A stretch of DNA of 64,000 nt from an uncultured Chloroflexia bacterium (GTDB taxonomy: Bacteria; Chloroflexota; Limnocylindria; Limnocylindrales; CSP1-4): positions 96,001 through 160,000 of the forward strand of contig CAVVNQ010000007.1 of the NCBI GenBank assembly GCA_963749705.1. The letters are read 5' to 3'. The notes under the pieces are model-generated. The model was not told the origin of the DNA and made no database searches. It saw only the letters and a program-made list of their open reading frames with translations. Below, piece after piece: positions 18,923-28,152 of this stretch. Each line of letters begins with the position of its first letter. Within the stretch, counting starts at the first letter, position 1. The position numbers were made by a program, and so were the translations under genes.

Positions 18923-20101
18923 ATGATCGGGAGCGCGCAACCCGCCTGCTTCCTGATCGCCGACATCTCCGGGTATACCGGGTACCTCGCGGATGTCGAG
19001 CTCGATCACGCGCAGGACATCCTGGCCGATCTCGTCGGCGCCGTGGTCAGCGCGCTGCGACCCGACTTCCGGCTGGCCAAGCTCGAGGGTGACGCGGCCT
19101 TCACGTACATGACCGGAGCCAGGATCGACGGGTCGATGCTGCTGGACACGATCGAGCGCTGCTACTTCGGGTTCAGGCGCCGGCGCCGCGACGTGCGCCA
19201 GGCCACCTCGTGCGAGTGCAACGCATGCAGCCGGATCCCGGACCTCGACCTCAAGTTCGTGGTCCACCACGGCGAGACGATCATCCAGCGCGTCGCGGGG
19301 CGCCAGGAGCTGCTGGGGTCGGACGTGATCGTCGTCCACCGGCTGCTCAAGAACGAGGTCATCGAGCAGCTCGGGATCAACGCCTACGCCCTGCTCACCC
19401 AGGCGTGCATCGACGCGGCGGACATCGATCCGGCCGCGCTTGGCATGCGTGCCCACGCCGAGACCTATGACCGGATCGGCGACGTGCCCGGGTGGGCCCA
19501 CGACCTCGAGCGCCGATGGCGGGAGGAGGAGGATCGCGCGCGCGTGTTCGTCACGCCCGACGAGTCGATCCTCAGCGTCTCGGTGCCGACCAGCGCGCCG
19601 CCGCAGGTGGCCTGGGAGTTCCTGACCAAGCCTGGGCAGCGGATGCTGTGGCAGCCGTGGGTGACCGAGGTCACCATCAGGGACGCCACGGGCGGGCGGC
19701 GCGGGGTCGGCTCGTCCAACCACTGCATGCACGGCAAGGACGCCGTGATCGAGGAGATCCTCGACTGGCGGCCATACGACTACGTCACCGACCGGACCAT
19801 CCTCGACACGCCCGCCGGTCCGCTCAAGCTGCCGCACACGATCGAGTTCGAGCCGGTCCCCGATGGGACGGTGATCCACATGCGGTTCGGACCGCCGAAG
19901 GCGAAGAAGGGCCGGGCGGTCGCCGACGAGGTCGCCGCGCACTACGGCGATGCGCTCCGGTCCCGGGTTCCGAAGCTCGTCGAGCTGCTCGACGCCGAGG
20001 TCGCCGCGCGCGAGACCGATCGCGGCCCGGAGCCGGAGCTTGCGGCGCCGAAGGCCGACGGGCCCCTTGCGGGGATCGAGCCGCTGGTGATCGTGGACTG
20101 A
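18923..20101 (+). CDS. DUF2652 (nucleotide cyclase-like) domain fused to an SRPBCC/START-like domain
   Basis: LIADISGYT, KLEGDA, CECNAC, LKFVVHHG, VIVVHRLLKN; C-terminal AWEFLT...W..W...EEILDWRP. Confidence 0.82.
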   Translation: MIGSAQPACFLIADISGYTGYLADVELDHAQDILADLVGAVVSALRPDFRLAKLEGDAAFTYMTGARIDGSMLLDTIERCYFGFRRRRRDVRQATSCECNACSRIPDLDLKFVVHHGETIIQRVAGRQELLGSDVIVVHRLLKNEVIEQLGINAYALLTQACIDAADIDPAALGMRAHAETYDRIGDVPGWAHDLERRWREEEDRARVFVTPDESILSVSVPTSAPPQVAWEFLTKPGQRMLWQPWVTEVTIRDATGGRRGVGSSNHCMHGKDAVIEEILDWRPYDYVTDRTILDTPAGPLKLPHTIEFEPVPDGTVIHMRFGPPKAKKGRAVADEVAAHYGDALRSRVPKLVELLDAEVAARETDRGPEPELAAPKADGPLAGIEPLVIVD

Positions 20102-20140
20102 CCCGCGTTCCCCCGCGGTGGCACGCGGGCTGGCTGCCTG

Positions 20141-22795
20141 TCAGCGCGTCTCCGTGGCCTGGGACACCGCAGAGCCCATCCCGAGGACAGAGCTCAGGTC
20201 GCGCCTGCCCGCGATGCCGAGCTTTCCGTAGACCGCGCCAAGGTGGTTGTCCACCGTGCGAACGGAGATGTCCAAACGACGCCCGATCTCGCTCGACGAC
20301 TGCCGGCCGGCGGCGAGCAGCGCGATCTCGAGCTCGCGCGGCGTCAGCGGCACGGTGGTCACGGTCGTGAGTGGCGGCGTCGCCACGCCGGCCAGGCTGC
20401 CGGAAAGGAAGCTCGCCCTCGCCCGGGCGATCCGCGCGAGAACCGGCTCCCCGGCGCGCAGATGCGCATCCTGCGCGTGGGCGGCTGCTTCCGCAGCGCA
20501 CAGGGTGCTGCCCATTCGTTCGAACGCCACGGAGATGCGGTCAAGCCTTGAACCGTCCCCCTCGGCGAGCGCCGCGGCATGCTGGGCCATCGTCGCCACC
20601 AGATCGCCTTCGACCGAGTCAGTGAGTGCGGCGAGACGGTCTCGCACCAGTTCGGGGTACCCGAGCCGAACGGCGTCGTGGAACGTCCAGGCCGCCCAGA
20701 CCAGGTGCGTGTCGCTCACCGCGCGATCGCCGGCGGCCAGGGCCAGGCGGGCCGCCGCGGCCGGCCCCTCATCGAGCCACGTGATCCAGACCGTCGCCCG
20801 GTCGAACTGGATCCTCGATCGCACATCACGCACCAGGTGCTGATCGACGATCTCCTGGTACAGCGCGCGTGCGTCATCGTGGCGCCCCAGCCACGAGGCA
20901 AGGACCGTCGCCACCCCGGCCTGGATGCCGCGGACCGAGAACGTGTCCCGCTCTCGTGCGACCTCGAGCGCTCCGACCACGGTCTGCAGGCCGCCGCCGA
21001 TGTTGCCGGCGAGCATCTGGCACTCGGCGAGGATCATGGCCCACATCGCCGCCACCTCGACGGCACCGGCCCCGATGGCCGCGCGCTGGGCGACATCACA
21101 TAGCGTGATCGATTGGGCAAGGCGTCCTGCGTAGGCAAGGGCCATCGCGCGGTTCATCTGCAGCATGTCCGGGGCCAGCGGCAGCTCCTCGCGCGTCTGC
21201 GGGGCGCGTTCCAGCGCGAGACGCACCTGGGTCTCCGACTCAGCCAGGCGGCCCAGCATCACGTTGGCGATGCTCGAGTACATCAGGGTATGCACGACCG
21301 TCCTGGGCCTGGCCGTTGGCCTGAGCATCAGGCGATCACCGATGGCCGCGACGCCAAGGAGGTCCCCGGCACCGGTGCGGAACAGCGCTCGCAGCGAGTC
21401 GATCTCGTCTCGCCAGTCTTCGTCGATCACGCGAGCGGCGGCCGCATCGAGGACGTCCGATGCTTCGACGGCTCGTCCGGCCCGGAAGCCGAGCAGGTCT
21501 GCGCGTGCCAGCGCGACCGTCGAGATGTCCGCGTCCGTGCGCGCGAGCGACGCGGCTCGGGCGAGGACGCGGTCGGCGTCTTCGATGCGCTGCTGGGCCG
21601 CCACGGCGCGACCCAGCGCAAGCTGCGCCGTCATGTTGTCGGGCTCGCCCGCCAACGCCGCGCGGGCGAAGCGCTCGGCAAGGGGCGCGTCGAAGACCGA
21701 GAGTGCACGTCCCGCAGCGTTGAGTGCCAGCGTCGCGGGCATGTGTCCGCCGCCCTCCAGCCGCCACAGGGCGAGCCGCAGGAGATCGTCGCGCCGCCTT
21801 GCCCCGGTCGACTCGAGGCTGTCGCCCAGCCAGCGCTTGACGTGACGCGCTCGCGTCGACGGGATCGTCGCGGCCACGGCATCGGCGTACATCGGGTGCG
21901 CGAGGCGCACGGTCTGGCGATTGCCGCTGCGGCCAATCTCCACCAGGCGGCGATCATCCAGCCGCTCGAGGGCACGAGGATCATCAAGCGCGTCGAACGC
22001 CTGCAGGTCGACCGCTCCGCCGATGGCGAGCGCTTCGACGACCTGCCGCTCGGCCGCGTCCAGCCGTCCCAGCCGGGTCTCGACCAGCTGATTGAGCCGA
22101 TCCGAGGGAGCGAGCCCTTCGAGCGCACGCCAGCCGGCGCTCGTCTGGACGAGCTTCTGGCTCTCCAGCCCGCCGAGGACGAGCTCGCGGAGGAACAGGG
22201 GATTGCCACCCGACCGTCGCCACAATGTTGACCGCGTGATCGGCTCGACGGCCCCGTCAAGCGCGACCTCGAGCAGCCGGCCGGTCTCGTCCTCCGACAA
22301 CGGATCGACCTGGACTCGCTCGAGGAGCCCGTCCTTCCAGAGCTCGGTCAGGTCCGCGGCAGCCCGGTCGCCGGGACGCCGGGTCATGATCATGAACGCA
22401 TCCGACCGGGTAACGAGACCGCGCACCAGCGCAGCGGAATGGCTGTCGAGCAGGTGCGCGTCGTCGATGCCGAGGACGAGCCGATCCCCCTTGCTGGCCG
22501 GCCGGGTCAGCTCGACCAGGAGCTCACCGAGGAGTTGACGCTCGTCGATTGTCACGACCGGCAGAGAAATGAGGTGCACGAACGCACCAAACGGGATGTC
22601 CGACGTGGCTCGCGAGGCGACGATCCAGGCCGTCGCCATGCCGCGCGCGGAGGCTCCGCCGACCAGCTCGCGGGCGAGCCGACTCTTGCCCACGCCGTCC
22701 TCGCCGACGATCTCGATCCCGCGGGCATCCTCTTGGGCCAGGAGTCTGCCGAGACGGAGCAGGGTCGAGTCGCGGCCGATGAGCGGCCACTCCAT
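20141..22795 (-). CDS. Large ATP-binding LuxR-family (LAL/MalT-like) regulator
   Basis: Walker A GEDGVGKS, Walker B LGIDDAHLLD, GGNPLFL, C-terminal LTPRELEIA...ISVRTVDNHLGAVYGKLG. Confidence 0.93.
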   Translation of the reverse strand: MEWPLIGRDSTLLRLGRLLAQEDARGIEIVGEDGVGKSRLARELVGGASARGMATAWIVASRATSDIPFGAFVHLISLPVVTIDERQLLGELLVELTRPASKGDRLVLGIDDAHLLDSHSAALVRGLVTRSDAFMIMTRRPGDRAAADLTELWKDGLLERVQVDPLSEDETGRLLEVALDGAVEPITRSTLWRRSGGNPLFLRELVLGGLESQKLVQTSAGWRALEGLAPSDRLNQLVETRLGRLDAAERQVVEALAIGGAVDLQAFDALDDPRALERLDDRRLVEIGRSGNRQTVRLAHPMYADAVAATIPSTRARHVKRWLGDSLESTGARRRDDLLRLALWRLEGGGHMPATLALNAAGRALSVFDAPLAERFARAALAGEPDNMTAQLALGRAVAAQQRIEDADRVLARAASLARTDADISTVALARADLLGFRAGRAVEASDVLDAAAARVIDEDWRDEIDSLRALFRTGAGDLLGVAAIGDRLMLRPTARPRTVVHTLMYSSIANVMLGRLAESETQVRLALERAPQTREELPLAPDMLQMNRAMALAYAGRLAQSITLCDVAQRAAIGAGAVEVAAMWAMILAECQMLAGNIGGGLQTVVGALEVARERDTFSVRGIQAGVATVLASWLGRHDDARALYQEIVDQHLVRDVRSRIQFDRATVWITWLDEGPAAAARLALAAGDRAVSDTHLVWAAWTFHDAVRLGYPELVRDRLAALTDSVEGDLVATMAQHAAALAEGDGSRLDRISVAFERMGSTLCAAEAAAHAQDAHLRAGEPVLARIARARASFLSGSLAGVATPPLTTVTTVPLTPRELEIALLAAGRQSSSEIGRRLDISVRTVDNHLGAVYGKLGIAGRRDLSSVLGMGSAVSQATETR

Positions 22796-22836
22796 CTCGC
22801 GATCCTAACCGACCGATTGTTCGCCGAACACCCGCG

Positions 22837-22854
22837 TGAGTAGTCCACTACTCA
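22837..22854. promoter_or_regulatory. Inverted repeat, putative LAL-regulator binding site
   Basis: TGAGTAGT-CC-ACTACTCA, a perfect 8-2-8 palindrome in the ~110-bp divergent intergenic region. Confidence 0.72.
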
Positions 22855-22904
22855 TGACAGCCCCCGCATGACATCGCAGGGTCACTTGGACAGGCCCAAG
22901 TTCG

Positions 22905-23519
22905 ATGGAGGTCGAGGTGTCGTCACGCAAGGGATTCGCCGCACTTGCGGTGCTCGTATTGGTGCTCGCCGCGTGCGGCACAAGCGCCAATCAGTCGTCG
23001 CAGGGGGCGTCCGAGGGGATCGCCGTCCACGGTCATTGGACGGTGGATGTCGTGAATCCGGATGGTCAGCTTGCCACCCACAGCGCATTCGAGAACGCCC
23101 TTGACTCTGCGGGGGCTCGTGCCCTCGGATTGATCCTCGGGCGTGGCGCCCAGGTGGTGGATCCTGGCTGGGCAATCGCCCTCGGGACAAACCCCTTGAA
23201 CCCGGATTCTGCACCCTGCCTTCCGCCTGGCGGGACGCCAGACGATTGCGTGGTGGCCGAGCCCGGGATGACAGGTTTCCCCCTGCCCGTGTCCTCGTTC
23301 AACCTCCAGGTGACCAGCACCAGCGACGGGCTTGATCTGGAAGGATCCGTCATCGCCACTCGCACCGGGGCCATCGGGATCGTGAAGACGTTGGTCGTTC
23401 TCAGCGATGGAGGGACATACCTCTTCACCCTCAAGGAGGTCTTCGCCGACAGCGGGGCTCAAATCAATGTTGACGCGGGCCAGAGCATCGAGGTCACCGT
23501 GTCGCTGACCTTCTCGTAG
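22905..23519 (+). CDS. Lipoprotein, all-beta, candidate filament subunit
   Basis: Lipobox VLAAC; SEGIAVHGHWTVDVVNPDG...FENAL; C-terminal amphipathic strand GQSIEVTVSLTFS. The start may be GTG 22917. Confidence 0.8.
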   Translation: MEVEVSSRKGFAALAVLVLVLAACGTSANQSSQGASEGIAVHGHWTVDVVNPDGQLATHSAFENALDSAGARALGLILGRGAQVVDPGWAIALGTNPLNPDSAPCLPPGGTPDDCVVAEPGMTGFPLPVSSFNLQVTSTSDGLDLEGSVIATRTGAIGIVKTLVVLSDGGTYLFTLKEVFADSGAQINVDAGQSIEVTVSLTFS

Positions 23520-23556
23520 GGTGTCTGCTGAAGAGGTCGCGGGTCACTGACGAGCC

Positions 23557-26500
23557 GTGGGTACCCGGCATCGCGCAGCTGCGTGGACCCGCCGCCGTGC
23601 GGGTCTGCCTCTCGCCGCAGTGATCCTTGCGTCGGGGATGAGCGGCACGATCCTTCTCCCGGCCGTGGATGCCTCGTCGCCAAACGACACCACCTCCACG
23701 ACGGGCGTCCACGTGGTTCAGATCCCGGGTCTCTTCGGTGGCTCCGCAAACGCGATCAACGCCGACGGTTGGGTGGTGGGTGCCGCGCGCTTCAGCACCG
23801 CCCCCATGAATCAGGCATTCCTCTGGAAGGCGAAAGGCTCGCCGATTCCGCTGATCGATCCCGAGCCAGGGGTCGTCTTCGACAGCGGTGCCAACGACAT
23901 CAACGACGGCGGCGAGGTCGTCGGATGGTTCGACAATGCTGTGACCAATGCCAAGGGCGCGTTCCGTTGGAGCGGCTCGGGACCGTACGAAGACCTGGGC
24001 ATCGTGCCGGGCACCATCGCGGGCGGGAACATCGAGGCGAAGGCGATCGACAACGGCGGCAACGTCGTTGGCTGGTACGTCGCCGCTCCGGGAGCGTGTG
24101 GTCTGTCCTCGGGCGCCACAGGCGGGACATGCAGCTTCTATGCGCGCCAGGGTGACACGGGAGCCTCCATCGGCAGCATCGGCGTGGTCGATGACGGCAC
24201 CTCCACCGGAGCGAAGTTCCTTGCCGCGGACGTTGCGCTGTGGGACGGCGTGGACGGCGTCGTCACGGGAACAGCCGGCGGCCATGGCTACAGCTGGGTT
24301 GGATTCGATCTCCGTTCGAATGCCTTCGAACCGTTCACCGATGCCGGGATTGTCAATGCGGTGAGCAACAGCCTCGACTACGCCGGCAGCGTGGCGACGG
24401 TCGATGGGACCCGCGCCGCCGTCTGGTCCGGTGCCAACAGCGCCCCGACCGCCGTCCTGCCGACCCTCGGCGGTTCGTTCAGCCAGGCGAACGCGATCAA
24501 CGGATCTGGAGCGGTGGTCGGGTCGAGTGAGACCGCGAGTGGTGAGACGCATGCGTTCCTCTGGACACCCACCGACGGCATGCAGGACCTCGGGACGCTT
24601 GGCGGCATCTCGAGCACGGCGTTCGACATCAATGACGCCGGCCTGATCGTCGGCCAGGCAACATCCGCGGGCTCGACGTTGCAGCACGCCGTGGTGTGGG
24701 ATGTGGCGGGAACCTTCCACCCGGACTTCCCACCCGAGATCGATCCGATCTCGCCCAAGACGGTCGCCCCGGGGGAGGGGCTCACCATCACGCCGGCCAT
24801 CACCGATCCCGAAGCAGACCCCTTCTCGGTCGTCTGGTCCGATCTGCCTGCCGGCGCCACCCAGGTCGGCAACAGCCTCGAATGGACGCCGACCGATGCC
24901 GACATCGGGACGTACCAGGTCACGGTCACCGCCGTCGAGGATGGGGACGCTGCGGTCTTCACCTCGCTGACGGTGGCCATCAATGTCAGTGCCGGGGTAC
25001 GCCTCGATCCGATCGGGGACAAGGTCGCCACCGTGGGCGTGGAGCTCACGTTCACCGCGACCGCAACGGCTCCTGGCCCGTATTCCCTGACCTATGGGCT
25101 GGCCGGTGGCACGTTGGCACTACCTGGGCCACCCCCGGCCGGCGCCACGATCGATCCGACGACGGGTGCCTTCTCGTGGACGCCAACCCTCGATCAGGAG
25201 GGCGACCATCCGCTCGTCGTGATCGTTTCGGACCTCTTCTCCGGGTCTTCCGATTACGAGGAGTTCACCGTCGCGGTTCTCCCGGAAGGGCCGGTGAACA
25301 CTCCGCCAACGGCAGATGCCGGGATGGACCAGTCGGTGCTCGTCGGTGAGCTCGTCACCCTCGATGGATCCGCCTCAACCGACGCGGATTCCGACCCGCT
25401 CTCATACGCGTGGGTCCTCGTCTCCGCTCCCAGTGGCTCAGCTGCCGCGCTGTCGGCGAGCGACACCGCGGCGCCCAGCTTCACTCCAGATGTCGCGGGT
25501 GACTACACCGTCCAGCTGACGGTCGACGATGGGAACGGCGGGATCGATTCGGACCTGGTCGTCGTCCATGCCGCCGCGGCACCCACCGTGGTGGTCATCA
25601 CGATCAGCGAGGCGATCGGCGTGACCGACGCCGTGACCGTCCGGCCGCCCGTGGTCATCACGATCAGCGAGGCGATCGGGGTGACCGACGCCGTGACCGT
25701 CCGGCCGCCCGTGGTCATCACGATCAGCGAGGCGATCGGGGTCACCGACGCCGTGACCGTCCGGCCGCCCGTGGTCATCACGATCAGCGAGGCGATCGGC
25801 GTGACCGACGCCGTGACCGTCCGGCCGCCCGTGGTCATCACGATCAGCGAGGCGATCGGCGTGACCGACGCCGTGACCGTCCGGCCGCCCGTGGTCATCA
25901 CGATCAGCGAGGCCATCGGCGTGACCGACGCCGTGACCGTCCGGCCGCCCGTGGTCATCACGATCAGCGAGGCGATCGGCGTGACCGACGCCGTGACCGT
26001 CCGACCGCCCGTGGTCATCACGATCAGCGAGGCGATCGGCGTGACCGACGCCGTGACCGTCCGACCGCCCGTGGTCATCACGATCAGCGAGGCGATCGGC
26101 GTGACCGACGCCGTGACCGTCTCGGTCCCAACCCTGACTGTCGATCTCGGCGTGCTGTATGACAAGCTCGGGAACCCGACCACCCATGTCTCGGTTGGCG
26201 ACGAGGCCACGCTGATCGGCGATGGGTTCGATCCGAACGCCGCGGTGACCGTCGAGATTCGGTCGGATCCGATCCAGCTCGGCACCACAACGGCCGACGG
26301 CACGGGTCACATCTCGGTGGTGATCACGATCCCAGCCCTGTCGGCCGGCGAGCACACCGTGGCTGCCGTCGGCATGGTTGACGGCCACCCGCACGAGGTC
26401 CAGGTACAGATCACCGTCCTCAGCCCCGCAGCGGTCGAGCTGAGCGACGGCAACCCGATTTCGGTCCCCGTCACTGAGCCCGGCGGCGACAGTGAGCCGT

Positions 26501-27228
26501 TCGACCTGACGTACACGGTCGGCGAGGTCTATCCGAACCTGGTCAGCGGTGGCCTCGGCGGTGCGGAGGTCGGGCTGTCGCTGGAGCCGGTAGGCCCCGG
26601 CTCAACGGTCCAGGCCGACTCGTGCACGACGTCGCTCGACGACGAGCTCCAGGTCACGTGCCGGTTCTCGGACGTGCCGGTCAACACATATGCAGCGGTC
26701 GCCAGCGTGGGCGGCCTCTACCTGGGCTCCGACGAGGACGTCCTCGTGATCTACGACCCGAGCCTCGGCTTCACGACCGGAGGTGGCTGGTTCAGCTGGC
26801 CCGGGACCGGGGACCGCACCACCTTCGGATACACCATGAAGTACAACAAGAAGGGCACAAACCTGAAGGGCAGCCTTCTCCTCATTCGGCACCTCCCGGA
26901 CGGCACCGCCTATCGGCTGAAGTCGAACGCGCTGGATGGGCTCGCGCTGTCCGATCCATCCGCCGCGTTCGGCTGGGCGACGTTCAGCGGCAAGGCCACG
27001 TACCAGGCGCCTGGCTGGCCCGCACCTGCGGGCAACTTCCACTTCGTTGTCTACGCCGAGGACAACGACACACCCGGCGCAGGTGTGGATCGTTTCTGGA
27101 TCAGCGTGACCGATGGCGATGGCAACCCGACCGATCTCTCGATGACCGGTCCTGCGGTCGACGAGGCCGCGCTCCTGGGTGGCGGCGACGTCGCGGTTCC
27201 CCACGGAACGCATCGTGGGCGCAAGTGA
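23557..27228 (+). CDS. Giant secreted adhesin-like protein: HAF repeats, Ig-like and PKD domains, 9x20-aa repeat, C-terminal beta domains
   Basis: Signal peptide; HAFLWTPTDGMQDLGTLGG repeats; LPAGAT..W.PT Ig-like units; NTPPTADAGMDQSV PKD-like domain; terminal GFTTGGGWF domain. Confidence 0.88.
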   Translation: MGTRHRAAAWTRRRAGLPLAAVILASGMSGTILLPAVDASSPNDTTSTTGVHVVQIPGLFGGSANAINADGWVVGAARFSTAPMNQAFLWKAKGSPIPLIDPEPGVVFDSGANDINDGGEVVGWFDNAVTNAKGAFRWSGSGPYEDLGIVPGTIAGGNIEAKAIDNGGNVVGWYVAAPGACGLSSGATGGTCSFYARQGDTGASIGSIGVVDDGTSTGAKFLAADVALWDGVDGVVTGTAGGHGYSWVGFDLRSNAFEPFTDAGIVNAVSNSLDYAGSVATVDGTRAAVWSGANSAPTAVLPTLGGSFSQANAINGSGAVVGSSETASGETHAFLWTPTDGMQDLGTLGGISSTAFDINDAGLIVGQATSAGSTLQHAVVWDVAGTFHPDFPPEIDPISPKTVAPGEGLTITPAITDPEADPFSVVWSDLPAGATQVGNSLEWTPTDADIGTYQVTVTAVEDGDAAVFTSLTVAINVSAGVRLDPIGDKVATVGVELTFTATATAPGPYSLTYGLAGGTLALPGPPPAGATIDPTTGAFSWTPTLDQEGDHPLVVIVSDLFSGSSDYEEFTVAVLPEGPVNTPPTADAGMDQSVLVGELVTLDGSASTDADSDPLSYAWVLVSAPSGSAAALSASDTAAPSFTPDVAGDYTVQLTVDDGNGGIDSDLVVVHAAAAPTVVVITISEAIGVTDAVTVRPPVVITISEAIGVTDAVTVRPPVVITISEAIGVTDAVTVRPPVVITISEAIGVTDAVTVRPPVVITISEAIGVTDAVTVRPPVVITISEAIGVTDAVTVRPPVVITISEAIGVTDAVTVRPPVVITISEAIGVTDAVTVRPPVVITISEAIGVTDAVTVSVPTLTVDLGVLYDKLGNPTTHVSVGDEATLIGDGFDPNAAVTVEIRSDPIQLGTTTADGTGHISVVITIPALSAGEHTVAAVGMVDGHPHEVQVQITVLSPAAVELSDGNPISVPVTEPGGDSEPFDLTYTVGEVYPNLVSGGLGGAEVGLSLEPVGPGSTVQADSCTTSLDDELQVTCRFSDVPVNTYAAVASVGGLYLGSDEDVLVIYDPSLGFTTGGGWFSWPGTGDRTTFGYTMKYNKKGTNLKGSLLLIRHLPDGTAYRLKSNALDGLALSDPSAAFGWATFSGKATYQAPGWPAPAGNFHFVVYAEDNDTPGAGVDRFWISVTDGDGNPTDLSMTGPAVDEAALLGGGDVAVPHGTHRGRK
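25591..26121 (+). repeat. In-frame 60-bp tandem repeat, 9 copies (last one partial), encoding VVITISEAIGVTDAVTVRPP
   Basis: Units start every 60 bp from 25591 to 26071; the differences seen between units are synonymous. Confidence 0.97.
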
Positions 27229-27494
27229 TGCCGGCACGGTCGTCGCCACGCCTGACGCTGCTCGCAACGATCCTGACGACGACTGCCTGTGGTGCGCCGC
27301 GAGCCACGCCGAGCGAAGCCGCCTCGCAGGACTTGCCGACCTTGACCTCCGCGCCCACGACCCTGGCAGCGGTCTCGCCAACCCCGGCACCAGTCGGCGG
27401 GCCGAGCCACGCCGGTGAGGCAACCGGCGGGAGGGGGATGGACGAGTCCGTGGGCGTGACCGACCAGGTGACCATCGTGATCAGGGATCCGTAA
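27228..27494 (+). CDS. Small lipoprotein: Pro/Thr tether ending in one copy of the repeat motif
   Basis: ATG overlaps the upstream stop (TGATG); lipobox LTTTAC; low-complexity linker; ends DESVGVTDQVTIVIRDP. Hidden inside ORF 26622..27494. Confidence 0.78.
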   Translation: MPARSSPRLTLLATILTTTACGAPRATPSEAASQDLPTLTSAPTTLAAVSPTPAPVGGPSHAGEATGGRGMDESVGVTDQVTIVIRDP

Positions 27495-27571
27495 CGACGA
27501 GGTCCCAAGCCTCGTTCCGCGGGCACCAGAAGGTGAGTGCCGCGCCCCGTTGGGCGGGCGAGGAGGTTCCC

Positions 27572-28111
27572 GTGCCGATCTTGCAGCTGGCGAAGCGCCT
27601 GCTTGTCGTCCTCGTCGCAGGTCTGGCGCTGTCGGCTTGTACGAGTGCGCCCGCCGCCCGTCCTGATGGGGGAGCATCGCAACCGGCAGGGAGCGGCACC
27701 GCGACACCCGGCACTGCATCCGGGCCCACGCCGCGCGCGGCGGCGACAGCGACGCAGCGGGCTGGCGAGTCAGCCGGTGCGAGCGTGTCCAATGGCCCGA
27801 AGTCGAGCATGTCCGGCGACTGGAGCGGCACCGTGGTCGAGAGCACGGGCTCGCAGGGGATCAGGTTCGTGCTCCTGGAGATCGCGGGGACGATCAGCGG
27901 CGATGTCCTCTACGAGCACGGCAAGGCGGACAACGGGGTGACGGGTACCTGGGACGGCGATTCGGTAACGCTCGTCTATGAGGCTCGCACCACGAAACAG
28001 ACGACGACGTACAAGGGCACGGTCTCCGACGGCTTCTTCCGCGGCACGGTCTCCAGGGAGATCGGAGGCCAGTCCGCGCCCGGCGGCACGTTCGAGGTCA
28101 GCAGGAAGTAG
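27572..28111 (+). CDS. Putative lipoprotein with small beta domain
   Basis: AGGAGG RBS; lipobox LSAC; Ala/Thr/Pro linker; SGDWSGT...ISG...VTGTWDG...GTFEV. Confidence 0.8.
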   Translation: MPILQLAKRLLVVLVAGLALSACTSAPAARPDGGASQPAGSGTATPGTASGPTPRAAATATQRAGESAGASVSNGPKSSMSGDWSGTVVESTGSQGIRFVLLEIAGTISGDVLYEHGKADNGVTGTWDGDSVTLVYEARTTKQTTTYKGTVSDGFFRGTVSREIGGQSAPGGTFEVSRK

Positions 28112-28152
28112 GCAGTCCTGCGGCAGCTATTCGGGTATGCGTCGGCGCGTGC

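Noticed and set aside
25591-26121. 60-bp periodic array as a CRISPR array
   Set aside because: There are no unique spacers, the units are contiguous and in frame within a CDS with only synonymous variation, and no cas genes are present.
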